64,000 nucleotides of DNA from Eledone cirrhosa (lineage: Eukaryota): contig OZ024744.1 of the NCBI GenBank assembly GCA_964016885.1, forward strand, positions 30,752,001-30,816,000. The letters run 5' to 3'. Numbering within the stretch: position 1 is the stretch's first letter; the number at the start of each line of letters is the position of its first letter. The notes below the pieces were generated by a model that had not been told where the DNA came from, searched no databases, and was given only the letters and a program-made list of their open reading frames with translations. Shown one piece after another: positions 41,901 to 56,900 of this stretch. The position numbers and the translations under genes were made by a program.

Positions 41901-44900
41901 GATTCCTGATAATTTCTAAAGAATGAAACAGTTCTAGTCCTGTAGAATCTCATCTATATTAACATTTTTTGATACCCAGATTTCTGATAATTTCTAAAGA
42001 ATGAGACAGATCTAGTCCTGTAGAATCTCATCTATATTAACATTTTTTGATACCCAGATTCCTGATAATTTGTAAAGAATGAAACAGTTCTAGTCCTGTA
42101 GAATCTCATCTATATTAAAATTTTTTGATACCCAGATTCCTGATGATTTCTAAAGAATGAAACAGATCTAGTCCTGTAGAATCTCATCTATATTAAAATT
42201 TTTTGATACCCAGATTCCTGATGATTTCTAAAGAATGAAACAGTTCTAGTCCTGTAGAATCTCATCAATATTAACATTTTTTGATACCCAGATTCCTGAT
42301 GATTTCTAAAGAATGAAACAGTTCTAGTCCTGTAGAATCTCATCTATATTAACATTTTTTGATACCCAGATTCCTGATGAATTCTAAAGAATGAAACAGT
42401 TCAAGTCCTGTAGAATCTCATCTATATTAACATTTTTGATACCCAGATTCCTGATGATTTCTAAAGAATGAAACAGTTCTAGTCCTGTAGAATCTCATGT
42501 ATATTAACAATTTTTGATACCCAGATTCCTGATGATTTCTAAACAATGAAACAGTTCTAGTCCTGTAGAATCTCATCTACATTAAATTTTTTAGATACCC
42601 AGATTCCTGATGATTTCTAAAGAATGAAATAGTTCTAGTCCTCTAGAATCTCATCTATATTAACATTTTTTGATACCCAGATTCCTGATGATTTCTAAAG
42701 AATGAAACAGTTCTAGTCCTGTAGAATCTCATCTATATTAACATTTTTTGATACCCAGATTCCTGATGAATTCTAAAGAATGAAACAGTTCAAGTCCTGT
42801 AGAATCTCATCTATATTAACATTTTTGATACCCAGATTCCTGATGATTTCTAAAGAATGAAACAGTTCTAGTCCTGTAGAATCTCATGTATATTAACAAT
42901 TTTTGATACCCAGATTCCTGATGATTTCTAAAGAATGAAACAGTTCTAGTCCTGTAGAATCTCATCCATATTAAAATTTTTTGATACCCAGATTCCTGAT
43001 AATTTGTAAAGAATGAAACAGTTCTAGTCCTGTAGAATCTCATCTATATTAACATTTTTTCACACCCAGATTCCTGAAGATTTCTAAAGAATGAAACAGT
43101 TCTAGTCCTGTAGAATCTCATCTATATTAACATTTTTTGATACCCAGATTCCTGATGATTTCTAAAGAATGAAACAGTTCTAGTCCAGTAGAATCTCATC
43201 TATATTAACATTTTTTGATACCCAGATTCCTGATGATTTCTAAAGAATGAAACAGTTCTAGTCCTGTAGAATCTCATCTATATTAAAATTTTTTGATACC
43301 CCGATTCCTGATGATTTCTAAAGAATGAAACAGTTCTAGTCCTGTAGAATCTCATCTATATTAAAATTTTTGGACACCGAGATTCCTGATTATTTCTAAA
43401 GAATGAAACAGTTCTAGTCCTGTAGAATCTCATCTATATTAACATTTTTTGATACCCAGATTCCTAATGATTTCAAAAATAATGAAACAGTTCTAGTCCT
43501 GTAGAATCTCATCTATATTAACATTTTTTGATACCCAGATTCCTGATGATTTCTAAAGAATGAAACAGTTCTAGTCCTGTAGAATCTCATCTATATTAAA
43601 AATTCTTGATACCCAGATTCCTGATGATTTCTAAAGAATGAAACAGTTCTAGTCCTGTAGAATCTCATCTATATTATCATTTTTTGATACCCAGATTCCT
43701 GATGATTTCTAAAGAATGAAACAGTTCTAGTCCCGTAGAATCTCATCTATATTAACATTTTTTGATACCCAGATTGCTGATGATTTCTAAAGAATGAAAC
43801 AGTTCTAGTCCTGTAGAATCTCATCTATATTAAAAAATTTTGATACCCAGATTCTTGATGATTTCTAAAGAATGAAACAGTTCTAGTCCTGTAGAATCTC
43901 ATCTATATATAAATTTTTTGATACCCAGATTCCTGATAATTTCTAAAGAATGAAACAGTTCTAGTCCTGTAGAATCTCATCTATATTATCATTTTTTGAT
44001 ACCCAGATTCCTGATGATTTCTAAAGAATGAAACAGTTCTAGTCCTGTAGAATCTCATCTATATTAAAAAATTTTGATACCCAGATTCTTGATGATTTCT
44101 AAAGAATGAAACAGTTCTAGTCCTGTAGAATCTCATCTATATATAAATTTTTTGATACCCAGATTCCTGATAATTTCTAAAGAATGAAACAGTTCTAGTC
44201 CTGTAGAATCTCATCTATATTAACATTTTTTGATACCCAGATTTCTGATAATTTCTAAAGAATGAAACAGATCTAGTCCTGTAGAATCTCATCTATATTA
44301 ACATTTTTTGATACCCAGATTCCTGATAATTTGTAAAGAATGAAACAGTTCTAGTCCTGTAGAATCTCATCTATATTAAAATTTTTTGATACCCAGATTC
44401 CTGATGATTTCTAAAGAATGAAACAGTATCTAGTCCTGTAGAATCTCATCTATATTAAAATTTTTTGATACCCAGATTCCTGATGATTTCTAAAGAATGA
44501 AACAGTTCTAGTCCTGTAGAATCTCATCAATATTAACATTTTTTGATACCCAGATTCCTGATGATTTCTAAAGAATGAAACAGTTCTAGTCCTGTAGAAT
44601 CTCATCTATATTAACATTTTTTGATACCCAGATTCCTGATGAATTCTAAAGAATGAAACAGTTCAAGTCCTGTAGAATCTCATCTATATTAACATTTTTG
44701 ATACCCAGATTCCTGATGATTTCTAAAGAATGAAACAGTTCTAGTCCTGTAGAATCTCATGTATATTAACAATTTTTGATACCCAGATTCCTGATGATTT
44801 CTAAACAATGAAACAGTTCTAGTCCTGTAGAATCTCATCTACATTAAATTTTTTAGATACCCAGATTCCTGATGATTTCTAAAGAATGAAATAGTTCTAG

Positions 44901-47900
44901 TCCTCTAGAATCTCATCTATATTAACATTTTTTGATACCCAGATTCCTGATGATTTCTAAAGAATGAAACAGTTCTAGTCCTGTAGAATCTCATCTATAT
45001 TAACATTTTTTGATACCCAGATTCCTGATGATTTCTAAAGAATGAAACAGTTCTAGTCCTGTAGAATCTCATCTATATTAACATTTTTTGATACCCAGAT
45101 TCCTGATGAATTCTAAAGAATGAAACAGTTCAAGTCCTGTAGAATCTCATCTATATTAAAATTTTTTGATACCCCGATTCCTGATGATTTCTAAAGAATG
45201 AAACAGTTCTAGTCCTGTAGAATCTCATGTATATTAACAATTTTTGATACCCAGATTCCTGATGATTTCTAAAGAATGAAACAGTTCTAGTCCTGTAGAA
45301 TCTCATCCATATTAAAATTTTTTGATACCCAGATTCCTGATAATTTGTAAAGAATGAAACAGTTCTAGTCCTGTAGAATCTCATCTATATTAACATTTTT
45401 TCACACCCAGATTCCTGATGATTTCTAAAGAATGAAACAGTTCTAGTCCTGTAGAATCTCATCTATATTAACATTTTTTGATACCCAGATTCCTGATGAT
45501 TTCTAAAGAATGAAACAGTTCTAGTCCAGTAGAATCTCATCTATATTAACATTTTTTGATACCCAGATTCCTGATGAATTCTAAAGAATGAAACAGTTCT
45601 AGTCCTGTAGAATCTCATCTATATTAAAATTTTTGGATACCCAGATTCCTGATGATTTCTAAAGAATGAAACAGTTCTAGTCCTTTAGAATCACATTCAT
45701 ATTAAAATTTTTTGATACCCAGATTCCTGATGATTTCTAAAGAATGAAACAGTTCTAGTCCTGTAGAATCTCATCTATATTAAAATTTTTTGATACCCCG
45801 ATTCCTGATGATTTCTAAAGAATGAAACAGTTCTAGTCCTGTAGAATCTCATCTATATTAAAATTTTTGGACACCGAGATTCCTGATTATTTCTAAAGAA
45901 TGAAACAGTTCTAGTCCTGTAGAATCTCATCTATATTAACATTTTTTGATACCCAGATTCCTAATGATTTCAAAAATAATGAAACAGTTCTAGTCCTGTA
46001 GAATCTCATCTATATTAACATTTTTTGATACCCAGATTCCTGATGATTTCTAAAGAATGAAACAGTTCTAGTCCTGTAGAATCTCATCTATATTAAAAAT
46101 TCTTGATACCCAGATTCCTGATGATTTCTAAAGAATGAAACAGTTCTAGTCCTGTAGAATCTCATCTATATTATCATTTTATGATACCCAGATTCCTGAT
46201 GATTTCTAAAGAATGAAACAGTTCTAGTCCCGTAGAATCTCATCTATATTAACATTTTTTGATACCCAGATTGCTGATGATTTCTAAAGAATGAAACAGT
46301 TCTAGTCCTGTAGAATCTCATCTATATTAAAAAATTTTGATACCCAGATTCTTGATGATTTCTAAAGAATGAAACAGTTCTAGTCCTGTAGAATCTCATC
46401 TATATGTAAATTTTTTGATACCCAGATTCCTGATAATTTCTAAAGAATGAAACAGTTCTAGTCCTGTAGAATCTCATCTATATTAAAAAATTTTGATACC
46501 CAGATTCTTGATGATTTCTAAAGAATGAAACAGTTCTAGTCCTGTAGAATCTCATCTATATATAAATTTTTTGATACCCAGATTCCTGATAATTTCTAAA
46601 GAATGAAACAGTTCTAGTCCTGTAGAATCTCATCTATATTAACATTTTTTGATACCCAGATTTCTGATAATTTCTAAAGAATGAAACAGATCTAGTCCTG
46701 TAGAATCTCATCTATATTAACATTTTTTGATACCCAGATTCCTGATAATTTGTAAAGAATGAAACAGTTCTAGTCCTGTAGAATCTCATCTATATTAAAA
46801 TTTTTTGATACCCAGATTCCTGATGATTTCTAAAGAATGAAACAGATCTAGTCCTGTAGAATCTCATCTATATTAAAATTTTTTGATACCCAGATTCCTG
46901 ATGATTTCTAAAGAATGAAACAGTTCTAGTCCTGTAGAATCTCATCAATATTAACATTTTTTGATACCCAGATTCCTGATGATTTCTAAAGAATGAAACA
47001 GTTCTAGTCCTGTAGAATCTCATCTATATTAACATTTTTTGATACCCAGATTCCTGATGAATTCTAAAGAATGAAACAGTTCAAGTCCTGTAGAATCTCA
47101 TCTATATTAACATTTTTGATACCCAGATTCCTGATGATTTCTAAAGAATGAAACAGTTCTAGTCCTGTAGAATCTCATGTATATTAACAATTTTTGATAC
47201 CCAGATTCCTGATGATTTCTAAACAATGAAACAGTTCTAGTCCTGTAGAATCTCATCTACATTAAATTTTTTAGATACCCAGATTCCTGATGATTTCTAA
47301 AGAATGAAATAGTTCTAGTCCTCTAGAATCTCATCTATATTAACATTTTTTGATACCCAGATTCCTGATGATTTCTAAAGAATGAAACAGTTGTAGTCCT
47401 TTAGAATCTCATCCATAATAAAATTTTTTGATACCCAGATTCCTGATTATTTCTAAAGAATGAAACAGTTCTAGTCCTGTAGAATCTCATCTATATTAAC
47501 ATTTTTTGATACCCAGATTCCTGATGAATTCTAAAGAATGAAACAGTTCTAGTCCTGTAGAATCTCATCTATATTAACATTTTTTGATACCCAGATTCCT
47601 GATGAATTCTAAAGAATGAAACAGTTCTAGTCCTGTAGAATCTCATCTATATTAACATTTTTGATACCCTGATTCCTGATGATTTCTAAAGAATGAAACA
47701 GTTCTAGTCATCTAGAATCTCATCTATATTAACATTTTTTGATACCCAGATTCCTGATGAATTCTAAAGAATGAAACAGTTCAAGTCCTGTAGAATCTTA
47801 TCTATATTAACATTTTTGATACCCAGATTCCTGATGATTTCTAAAGAATGAAACAGTTCTAGTCCTGTAGAATCTCATGTATATTAACAATTTTTGATAC

Positions 47901-50900
47901 CCAGATTCCTGATGATTTCTAAAGAATGAAACAGTTCTAGTCCTGTAGAATCTCATCCATATTAAAATTTTTTGATACCCAGATTCCTGATAATTTGTAA
48001 AGAATGAAACAGTTCTAGTCCTGTAGAATCTCATCTATATTAACATTTTTTCACACCCAGATTCCTGATGATTTCTAAAGAATGAAACAGTTCTAGTCCT
48101 GTAGAATCTCATCTATATTAACATTTTTTGATACCCAGATTCCTGATGATTTCTAAAGAATGAAACAGTTCTAGTCCAGTAGAATCTCATCTATATTAAC
48201 ATTTTTTGATACCCAGATTCCTGATGAATTCTAAAGAATGAAACAGTTCTAGTCCTGTAGAATCTCATCTATATTAAAATTTTTGGATACCCAGATTCCT
48301 GATGATTTCTAAAGAATGAAACAGTTCTAGTCCTTTAGAATCACATTCATATTAAAATTTTTTGATACCCAGATTCCTGATGATTTCTAAAGAATGAAAC
48401 AGTTCTAGTCCTGTAGAATCTCATCTATATTAAAAATTTTTGATACCCCGATTCCTGATGATTTCTAAAGAATGAAACAGTTCTAGTCCTGTAGAATCTC
48501 ATCTATATTAAAATTTTTGGACACCGAGATTCCTGATGATTTCTAAAGAATGAAACAGTTCTAGTCCTGTAGAATCTCATCCATATTAAAAATTTTTGAT
48601 ACCCAGATTCCTGATAATTTGTAAAGAATGAAACAGTTCTAGTCCTGTAGAATCTCATCTATATTAAAAATTCTTGATACCCAGATTCCTGATGATTTCT
48701 AAAGAATGAAACAGTTCTAGTCCTGTAGAATCTCATCTATATTAACATTTTTTGATAACCAGATTCCTGATGATTTCTAAAGAATGAAACAGTTCTAGTC
48801 CTGTAGAATCTCATCTATATTAAAAATTCTTGATACCCAGATTCCTGATGATTTCTAAAGAATGAAACAGTTCTAGTCCTGTAGAATCTCATCAATATTA
48901 ACATTTTTTGATACCCAGATTCCTGATGATTTCTAAAGAATGAAACAGTTCTAGTCCTGTAGAATCTCATCTATATTAACATTTTTTGATACCCAGATTC
49001 CTGATGAATTCTAAAGAATGAAACAGTTCAAGTCCTGTAGAATCTCATCTATATTAACATTTTTGATACCCAGATTCCTGATGATTTCTAAAGAATGAAA
49101 CAGTTCTAGTCCTGTAGAATCTCATGTATATTAACAATTTTTGATACCCAGATTCCTGATGATTTCTAAACAATGAAACAGTTCTAGTCCTGTAGAATCT
49201 CATCTACATTAAATTTTTTAGATACCCAGATTCCTGATGATTTCTAAAGAATGAAATAGTTCTAGTCCTCTAGAATCTCATCTATATTAACATTTTTTGA
49301 TACCCAGATTCCTGATGATTTCTAAAGAATGAAACAGTTGTAGTCCTTTAGAATCTCATCCATAATAAAATTTTTTGATACCCAGATTCCTGATTATTTC
49401 TAAAGAATGAAACAGTTCTAGTCCTGTAGAATCTCATCTATATTAACATTTTTTGATACCCAGATTCCTGATGAATTCTAAAGAATGAAACAGTTCTAGT
49501 CCTGTAGAATCTCATCTATATTAACATTTTTTGATACCCAGATTCCTGATGAATTCTAAAGAATGAAACAGTTCTAGTCCTGTAGAATCTCATCTATATT
49601 AACATTTTTGATACCCTGATTCCTGATGATTTCTAAAGAATGAAACAGTTCTAGTCATCTAGAATCTCATCTATATTAACATTTTTTGATACCCAGATTC
49701 CTGATGAATTCTAAAGAATGAAACAGTTCAAGTCCTGTAGAATCTTATCTATATTAACATTTTTGATACCCAGATTCCTGATGATTTCTAAAGAATGAAA
49801 CAGTTCTAGTCCTGTAGAATCTCATGTATATTAACAATTTTTGATACCCAGATTCCTGATGATTTCTAAAGAATGAAACAGTTCTAGTCCTGTAGAATCT
49901 CATCCATATTAAAATTTTTTGATACCCAGATTCCTGATAATTTGTAAAGAATGAAACAGTTCTAGTCCTGTAGAATCTCATCTATATTAACATTTTTTCA
50001 CACCCAGATTCCTGATGATTTCTAAAGAATGAAACAGTTCTAGTCCTGTAGAATCTCATCTATATTAACATTTTTTGATACCCAGATTCCTGATGATTTC
50101 TAAAGAATGAAACAGTTCTAGTCCAGTAGAATCTCATCTATATTAACATTTTTTGATACCCAGATTCCTGATGAATTCTAAAGAATGAAACAGTTCTAGT
50201 CCTGTAGAATCTCATCTATATTAAAATTTTTGGATACCCAGATTCCTGATGATTTCTAAAGAATGAAACAGTTCTAGTCCTTTAGAATCACATTCATATT
50301 AAAATTTTTTGATACCCAGATTCCTGATGATTTCTAAAGAATGAAACAGTTCTAGTCCTGTAGAATCTCATCTATATTAAAAATTTTTGATACCCCGATT
50401 CCTGATGATTTCTAAAGAATGAAACAGTTCTAGTCCTGTAGAATCTCATCTATATTAAAATTTTTGGACACCGAGATTCCTGATGATTTCTAAAGAATGA
50501 AACAGTTCTAGTCCTGTAGAATCTCATCCATATTAAAAATTTTTGATACCCAGATTCCTGATAATTTGTAAAGAATGAAACAGTTCTAGTCCTGTAGAAT
50601 CTCATCTATATTAAAAATTCTTGATACCCAGATTCCTGATGATTTCTAAAGAATGAAACAGTTCTAGTCCTGTAGAATCTCATCTATATTAACATTTTTT
50701 GATAACCAGATTCCTGATGATTTCTAAAGAATGAAACAGTCCTAGTCCTGTAGAATCTCATCTATATTAAAAATTTTTGATACCCAGATTCCTGATGATT
50801 TCTAAAGAATGAAATAGTTCTAGTCCTGTAGAATCTCATGTATATTAACAATTTTTGATACCCAGATTCCTGATGATTTCTAAACAATGAAACAGTTCTA

Positions 50901-53900
50901 GTCCTGTAGAATCTCATCTACATTAAATTTTTTAGATACCCAGATTCCTGATGATTTCTAAAGAATGAAACAGTTCTAGTCCTGTAGAATCTCATCTATA
51001 TTAAAATTTTTTGATACCCCGATTCCTGATGATTTCTAAAGAATGAAACAGTTCTAGTCCTGTAGAATCTCATCTATATTAACATTTTTGGACACCGAGA
51101 TTCCTGATGATTTCTAAAGAATGAAACAGTTCTAGTCCTGTAGAATCTCATCCATATTAAAAATTTTTGATACCCAGATTCCTGATAATTTGTAAAGAAT
51201 GAAACAGTTCTAGTCCTGTAGAATCTCATCTATATTAAAAATTCTTGATACCCAGATTCCTGATGATTTCTAAAGAATGAAACAGTTCTAGTCCTGTAGA
51301 ATCTCATCTATATTAACATTTTTTGATAACCAGATTCCTGATGATTTCTAAAGAATGAAACAGTCCTAGTCCTGTAGAATCTCATCTATATTAACATTTT
51401 TTGATACCCAGATTCCTGATGATTTCTAAAGAATGAAATAGTTCTAGTCCTGTAGAATCTCATGTATATTAACAATTTTTGATACCCAGATTCCTGATGA
51501 TTTCTAAACAATGAAACAGTTCTAGTCCTGTAGAATCTCATCTACATTAAATTTTTTAGATACCCAGATTCCTGATGATTTCTAAAGAATGAAACAGTTC
51601 TAGTCCTGTAGAATCTCATCTATATTAACATTTTTTGATACACAGATTCCTGATGATTTCTAAAGAATGAAACAGTTCTAGTCCTTTAGAATCTCATCCA
51701 TATTAAAATTTGTTGATACCCAGATTCCTGATAATTTGTAAAGAATGAAACAGTTCTAGTCCTGTAGAATCTCATCTATATTAAAAATTTTTGATACCCA
51801 GATTCCTGATGATTTCTAAAGAATGAAACTGTTCTAGTCCTGTAGAATCTCATCTATATTAACATTTTTTGATACACAGATTCCTGATGATTTCTAAAGA
51901 ATGAAACTGTTCTAGTCCTGTAGAATCTCATCTATATTAACATTTTTTGATACCCAGATTCCTGATGATTTCTAAAGAATGAAACAGTTCTAGTCCTGTA
52001 GAATCTCATCTATATTAACATTTTTTGATACCCAGATTCCTGATGAATTCTAAAGAATGAAACAGTTCTAGTCCTGTAGAATCTCATCTATAGTAACATT
52101 TTTGATACCCTGATTCCTGATGATTTCTAAAGAATGAAACAGTTCTAGTCCTGTAGAATCTCATCTATATTAACATTTTTTGATACCCAGATTCCTGATG
52201 ATTTCTAAAGAATGAAACAGTTCTAGTCCTTTAGAATCTCATCCATATTAAAATTTGTTGATACCCAGATTCCTGATGATTTCTAAACAATGAAACAGTT
52301 CTAGTCCTGTAGAATCTCATCTACATTAAATTTTTTAGATACCCAGATTCCTGATCATTTCTAAAGAATGAAATAGTTCTAGTCCTCTAGAATCTCATCT
52401 ATATTAACATTTTTTGATACCCAGATTCCTGATGATTTCTAAAGAATGAAACAGTTGTAGTCCTTTAGAATCTCATCCATATTAAAATTTTTTGATACCC
52501 AGATTCCTGATGATTTCTAAAGAATGAAACTGTTCTAGTCCTGTAGAATCTCATCTATATTAACATTTTTTGATACCCAGATTCCTGATGAATTCTAAAG
52601 AATGAAACAGTTCTAGTCCTGTAGAATCTCATCTATATTAACATTTTTTGATACCCAGATTCCTGATGAATTCTAAAGAATGAAACAGTTCTAGTCCTGT
52701 AGAATCTCATCTATATTAACATTTTTGAGACCCTGATTCCTGATGATTTCTAAAGAATGAAACAGTTCTAGTCATCTAGAATCTCATCTATATTAACATT
52801 TTTTGATACCCAGATTCCTGATGAATTCTAAAGAATGAAACAGTTCAAGTCCTGTAGAATCTCATCTATATTAACATTTTTGATACCCAGATTCCTGATG
52901 ATTTCTAAAGAATGAAACAGTTCTAGTCCTGTAGAATCTCATGTATATTAACAATTTTTGATACCCAGATTCCTGATGATTTCTAAAGAATGAAACAGTT
53001 CTAGTCCTGTAGAATCTCATCCAAATTAAAATTTTTTGATACCCAGATTCCTGATAATTTGTAAAGAATGAAACAGTTCTAGTCCTGTAGAATCTCATCT
53101 ATATTAAAATTTTTGGATACCCAGATTCCTGATGATTTCTAAAGAATGAAACAGTTCTAGTCCTTTAGAATCACATCCATATTAAAATTTTTTGATACCC
53201 AGATTCCTGATGATTTCTAAAGAATGAATCAGTTCTAGTCCTGTAGAATCTCATCTATATTAAAATTTTTTGATACCCAAATTCCTGATGAATTCTAAAG
53301 AATGAAACATTTCAAGTCCTGTAGAATCTCATCTATATTAACATTTTTGATACCCAGATTCCTGATGATTTCTAAAGAATGAAACAGTTCTAGTCCTGTA
53401 GAATCTCATGTATATTAACAATTTTTGATACCCAGATTCCTGATGATTTCTAAAGAATGAAACAGTTCTAGTCCTGTAGAATCTCATATACATTAAATTT
53501 TTTAGATACCCAGATTCCTGATGATTTCTAAAGAATGAAACAGTTCTAGTCATCTAGAATCTCATCTATATTAACATTTTTTGATACCCAGATTCCTGAT
53601 GAATTCTAAAGAATGAAACAGTTCTAGTCCTGTAGAATCTCATCTATATTAACATTTTTGATACCCTGATTCCTGATGATTTCTAAATAATGAAACAGTT
53701 CTAGTCATCTAGAATCTCATCTATATTAACATTTTTTGATACCCAGATTCCTGATGATTTCTAAAGAATGAAACAGTTCTAGTCCTGTAGAATCTCATCT
53801 ATATTAACATTTTTTGATACCCAGATTCCTGATGAATTCTAAAGAATGAAACAGTTCTAGTCCTGTAGAATCTCATCTATAGTAACATTTTTGATACCCT

Positions 53901-56900
53901 GATTCCTGATGATTTCTAAAGAATGAAACAGTTCTAGTCCTGTAGAATCTCATCTATATTAACATTTTTTGATACCCAGATTCCTGATGATTTCTAAAGA
54001 ATGAAACAGTTCTAGTCCTTTAGAATCTCATCCATATTAAAATTTGTTGATACCCAGATTCCTGATGATTTCTAAACAATGAAACAGTTCTAGTCCTGTA
54101 GAATCTCATCTACATTAAATTTTTTAGATACCCAGATTCCTGATCATTTCTAAAGAATGAAATAGTTCTAGTCCTCTAGAATCTCATCTATATTAACATT
54201 TTTTGATACCCAGATTCCTGATGATTTCTAAAGAATGAAACAGTTGTAGTCCTTTAGAATCTCATCCATATTAAAATTTTTTGATACCCAGATTCCTGAT
54301 GATTTCTAAAGAATGAAACTGTTCTAGTCCTGTAGAATCTCATCTATATTAACATTTTTTGATACCCAGATTCCTGATGAATTCTAAAGAATGAAACAGT
54401 TCTAGTCCTGTAGAATCTCATCTATATTAACATTTTTTGATACCCAGATTCCTGATGAATTCTAAAGAATGAAACAGTTCTAGTCCTGTAGAATCTCATC
54501 TATATTAACATTTTTGAGACCCTGATTCCTGATGATTTCTAAAGAATGAAACAGTTCTAGTCATCTAGAATCTCATCTATATTAACATTTTTTGATACCC
54601 AGATTCCTGATGAATTCTAAAGAATGAAACAGTTCAAGTCCTGTAGAATCTCATCTATATTAACATTTTTGATACCCAGATTCCTGATGATTTCTAAAGA
54701 ATGAAACAGTTCTAGTCCTATAGAATCTCATGTATATTAACAATTTTTGATACCCAGATTCCTGATGATTTCTAAAGAATGAAACAGTTCTAGTCCTGTA
54801 GAATCTCATCCAAATTAAAATTTTTTGATACCCAGATTCCTGATAATTTGTAAAGAATGAAACAGTTCTAGTCCTGTAGAATCTCATCTATATTAAAATT
54901 TTTGGATACCCAGATTCCTGATGATTTCTAAAGAATGAAACAGTTCTAGTCCTTTAGAATCACATCCATATTAAAATTTTTTGATACCCAGATTCCTGAT
55001 GATTTCTAAAGAATGAATCAGTTCTAGTCCTGTAGAATCTCATCTATATTAAAATTTTTTGATACCCAGATTCCTGATGAATTCTAAAGAATGAAACAGT
55101 TCAAGTCCTGTAGAATCTCATCTATATTAACATTTTTGATACCCAGATTCCTGATGATTTCTAAAGAATGAAACAGTTCTAGTCCTGTAGAATCTCATGT
55201 ATATTAACAATTTTTGATACCCAGATTCCTGATGATTTCTAAAGAATGAAACAGTTCTAGTCCTGTAGAATCTCATATACATTAAATTTTTTAGATACCC
55301 AGATTCCTGATGATTTCTAAAGAATGAAACAGTTCTAGTCATCTAGAATCTCATCTATATTAACATTTTTTGATACCCAGATTCCTGATGAATTCTAAAG
55401 AATGAAACAGTTCTAGTCCTGTAGAATCTCATCTATATTAACATTTTTGATACCCTGATTCCTGATGATTTCTAAATAATGAAACAGTTCTAGTCATCTA
55501 GAATCTCATCTATATTAACATTTTTTGATACCCAGATTCCTGATGAATTCTAAAGAATGAAACAGATCTAGTCCTGTAGAATCTCATCTATATTAAAATT
55601 TTTTGATACCCAGATTCCTGATGATTTCTAAAGAATGAAACAGTTCTAGTCCTGTAGAATCTCATCTATATTAACATTTTTTGATACCCAGATTCCTGAT
55701 GAATTCTAAAGAATGAAACAGTTCAAGTCCTGTAGAATCTCATCTATATTAACATTTTTGATACCCAGATTCCTGATGATTTCTAAAGAATGAAACAGTT
55801 CTAGTCCTGTAGAATCTCATGTATATTAACAATTTTTGATACCCAGATTCCTGATGATTTCTAAACAATGAAACAGTTCTAGTCCTGTAGAATCTCATCT
55901 ACATTAAATTTTTTAGATACCCAGATTCCTGATGATTTCTAAAGAATGAAATAGTTCTAGTCCTCTAGAATCTCATCTATATTAACATTTTTTGATACCC
56001 AGATTCCTGATGATTTCTAAAGAATGAAACAGTTGAAGTCCTTTAGAATCTCATCCATAATAAAATTTTTTGATACCCTGATTCCTGATGATTTCTAAAG
56101 AATGAAACTGTTCTAGTCCTGTAGAATCTCATCTATATTAACATTTTTTGATACCCAGATTCCTGATGAATTCTAAAGAATGAAACAGTTCTAGTCCTGT
56201 AGAATCTCATCTATATTAACATTTTTTGATACCCAGATTCCTGATGAATTCTAAAGAATGAAACAGTTCTAGTCCTGTAGAATCTCATCTATATTAACAT
56301 TTTTGATACCCTGATTCCTGATGATTTCTAAAGAATGAAACAGTTCTAGTCATCTAGAATCTCATCTATATTAACATTTTTTGATACCCAGATTCCTGAT
56401 GAATTCTAAAGAATGAAACAGTTCAAGTCCTGTAGAATCTCATCTATATTAACATTTTTGATACCCAGATTCCTGATGATTTCTAAAGAATGAAACAGTT
56501 CTAGTCCTGTAGAATCTCATGTATATTAACAATTTTTGATACACAGATTCCTGATGATTTCTAAAGAATGAAACAGTTCTAGTCCTGTAGAATCTCATCC
56601 ATATTAAAATTTTTTGATACCCAGATTCCTGATAATTTGTAAAGAATGAAACAGTTCTAGTCCTGTAGAATCTCATCTATATTAACATTTTTTCACACCC
56701 AGATTCCTGATGATTTCTAAAGAATGAAACAGTTCTAGTCCTGTAGAATCTCATCTATATTAACATTTTTTGATACCCAGATTCCTGATGATTTCTAAAG
56801 AATGAAACAGTTCTAGTCCAGTAGAATCTCATCTATATTAACATTTTTTGATACCCAGATTCCTGATGAATTCTAAAGAATGAAACAGTTCTAGTCCTGT